This document shows, in pieces, positions 63,574 to 64,000 of a stretch of 64,000 nucleotides of DNA. The position numbers and the translations under genes are program-made. A model generated the notes under the pieces. That model searched no databases, was not told the origin of the DNA, and saw nothing but the letters and a program-made list of their open reading frames with translations. Origin of the DNA: Acidimicrobiia bacterium (GTDB lineage Bacteria > Actinomycetota > Acidimicrobiia > Spongiisociales > ZC4RG35); the NCBI GenBank assembly GCA_035253825.1, contig DATFBM010000012.1:22054-86053 (forward strand). Reading direction: 5' to 3'. Each line of letters opens with the position of its first letter. Within the stretch, counting starts at the first letter, position 1.

Positions 63574-64000
63574 ATGATGAGAGGACGAGGACCGGCAGGG
63601 ATAGCAGCGGCTCTGCTGATGATGACGGCGTGCCAAGGCCAGGGAGTCGTATCAACAACAGAACCGACCCCGACCGGCGCACTCACGACCAGTGCACCCG
63701 CGGCAAGTGCTCAGGATGGCGATCTGGAGGTGATCGAAGCCGGCGTGGCTGCCTTCTACTCAGGGGACGCGGAGCGAGCCGCCGAGCTATTCGAGCTCGC
63801 CGACCGCACCGACGACCAGATACGGGCAGAGTCGGCCTATCAAGCGGCCATCGGTGGGCGATTGAGCCTGAGCTGCTCGAGGACCTCGGCCGGGAATTTC
63901 AGCTGCCTTACGCCCTACCAGAACGCGATGACAGACGCGATCGGCGAGGGCGGCGGCCATGACACGTGGCCGGTCATGGTCGAAGACGGAGTGATAACGG
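63574..64000 (+). CDS. Putative lipoprotein, partial (3' end outside window)
   Basis: This open frame is absent from the ORF track because it has no stop in the window. ATG 63574 follows GGAAAGCGGAG. MMRGRGPAGIAAALLMMTAC|QG lipobox. I read no stop codon to position 64000. Confidence 0.45.
   Translation, partial: MMRGRGPAGIAAALLMMTACQGQGVVSTTEPTPTGALTTSAPAASAQDGDLEVIEAGVAAFYSGDAERAAELFELADRTDDQIRAESAYQAAIGGRLSLSCSRTSAGNFSCLTPYQNAMTDAIGEGGGHDTWPVMVEDGVIT

Noticed and set aside
63324-63686. Minus-strand ORFs (120, 95 and 74 aa) between the CBS gene and the window end.
   Set aside because: Their composition is Ser/Pro/Arg/Trp-rich, and they overlap the better-supported plus-strand lipoprotein frame (RBS plus lipobox) and the CBS gene 3' end.

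Overview
High-GC, gene-dense chromosomal window that looks actinobacterial (F420/LLM remnant, LtrA, ChrA, DevR-like regulators). I support about 70 protein-coding genes. I found no rRNA, tRNA, CRISPR array, transposase or integrase. Positions 1-42 kb are a mosaic of redox and detoxification genes: two pirins, an HpaB-like and a Rox/RdmE-like flavin monooxygenase, five VOC/glyoxalase genes, an SDR, Rieske proteins and a NuoF-like protein. This part also holds transporters (two ABC systems, two MFS, ChrA, a TRIC-like channel), a class-II UvrA paralogue, and an ECF sigma/anti-sigma/ABC operon. It carries many cyclic-nucleotide signalling genes: three class III cyclase domains and one membrane cNMP-binding protein. 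Two genes are decayed: an LLM oxidoreductase remnant and a frameshifted serine hydrolase. Positions 42.6-63.4 kb form a coherent stress island resembling the mycobacterial DevR/DevS (DosR) hypoxia regulon. It has two DevR-like NarL regulators, one soluble single-GAF DevS-like kinase, two CBS-pair proteins, USPs, a CtpF-like P-type ATPase, PPOX-like and flavodoxin proteins. A PspC/LiaF-like envelope-stress block, a multicopper oxidase and a Pat-like GNAT/acyl-CoA synthetase protein are embedded in it. The strongest sequence-level signals are three. First, a 34-nt promoter element is conserved upstream of both CBS genes at the same spacing. Second, related GGG-N8-CCC palindromes occur in most promoters of the island. 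Third, an uncharacterised divergent gene pair (membrane protein plus about 155-aa soluble protein) is present twice. Outside the island, a RibD_C-like domain is fused to a cyclase at one locus and encoded next to a cyclase at another. All functional calls come from reading the translations and recalling family motifs. No database search was run.
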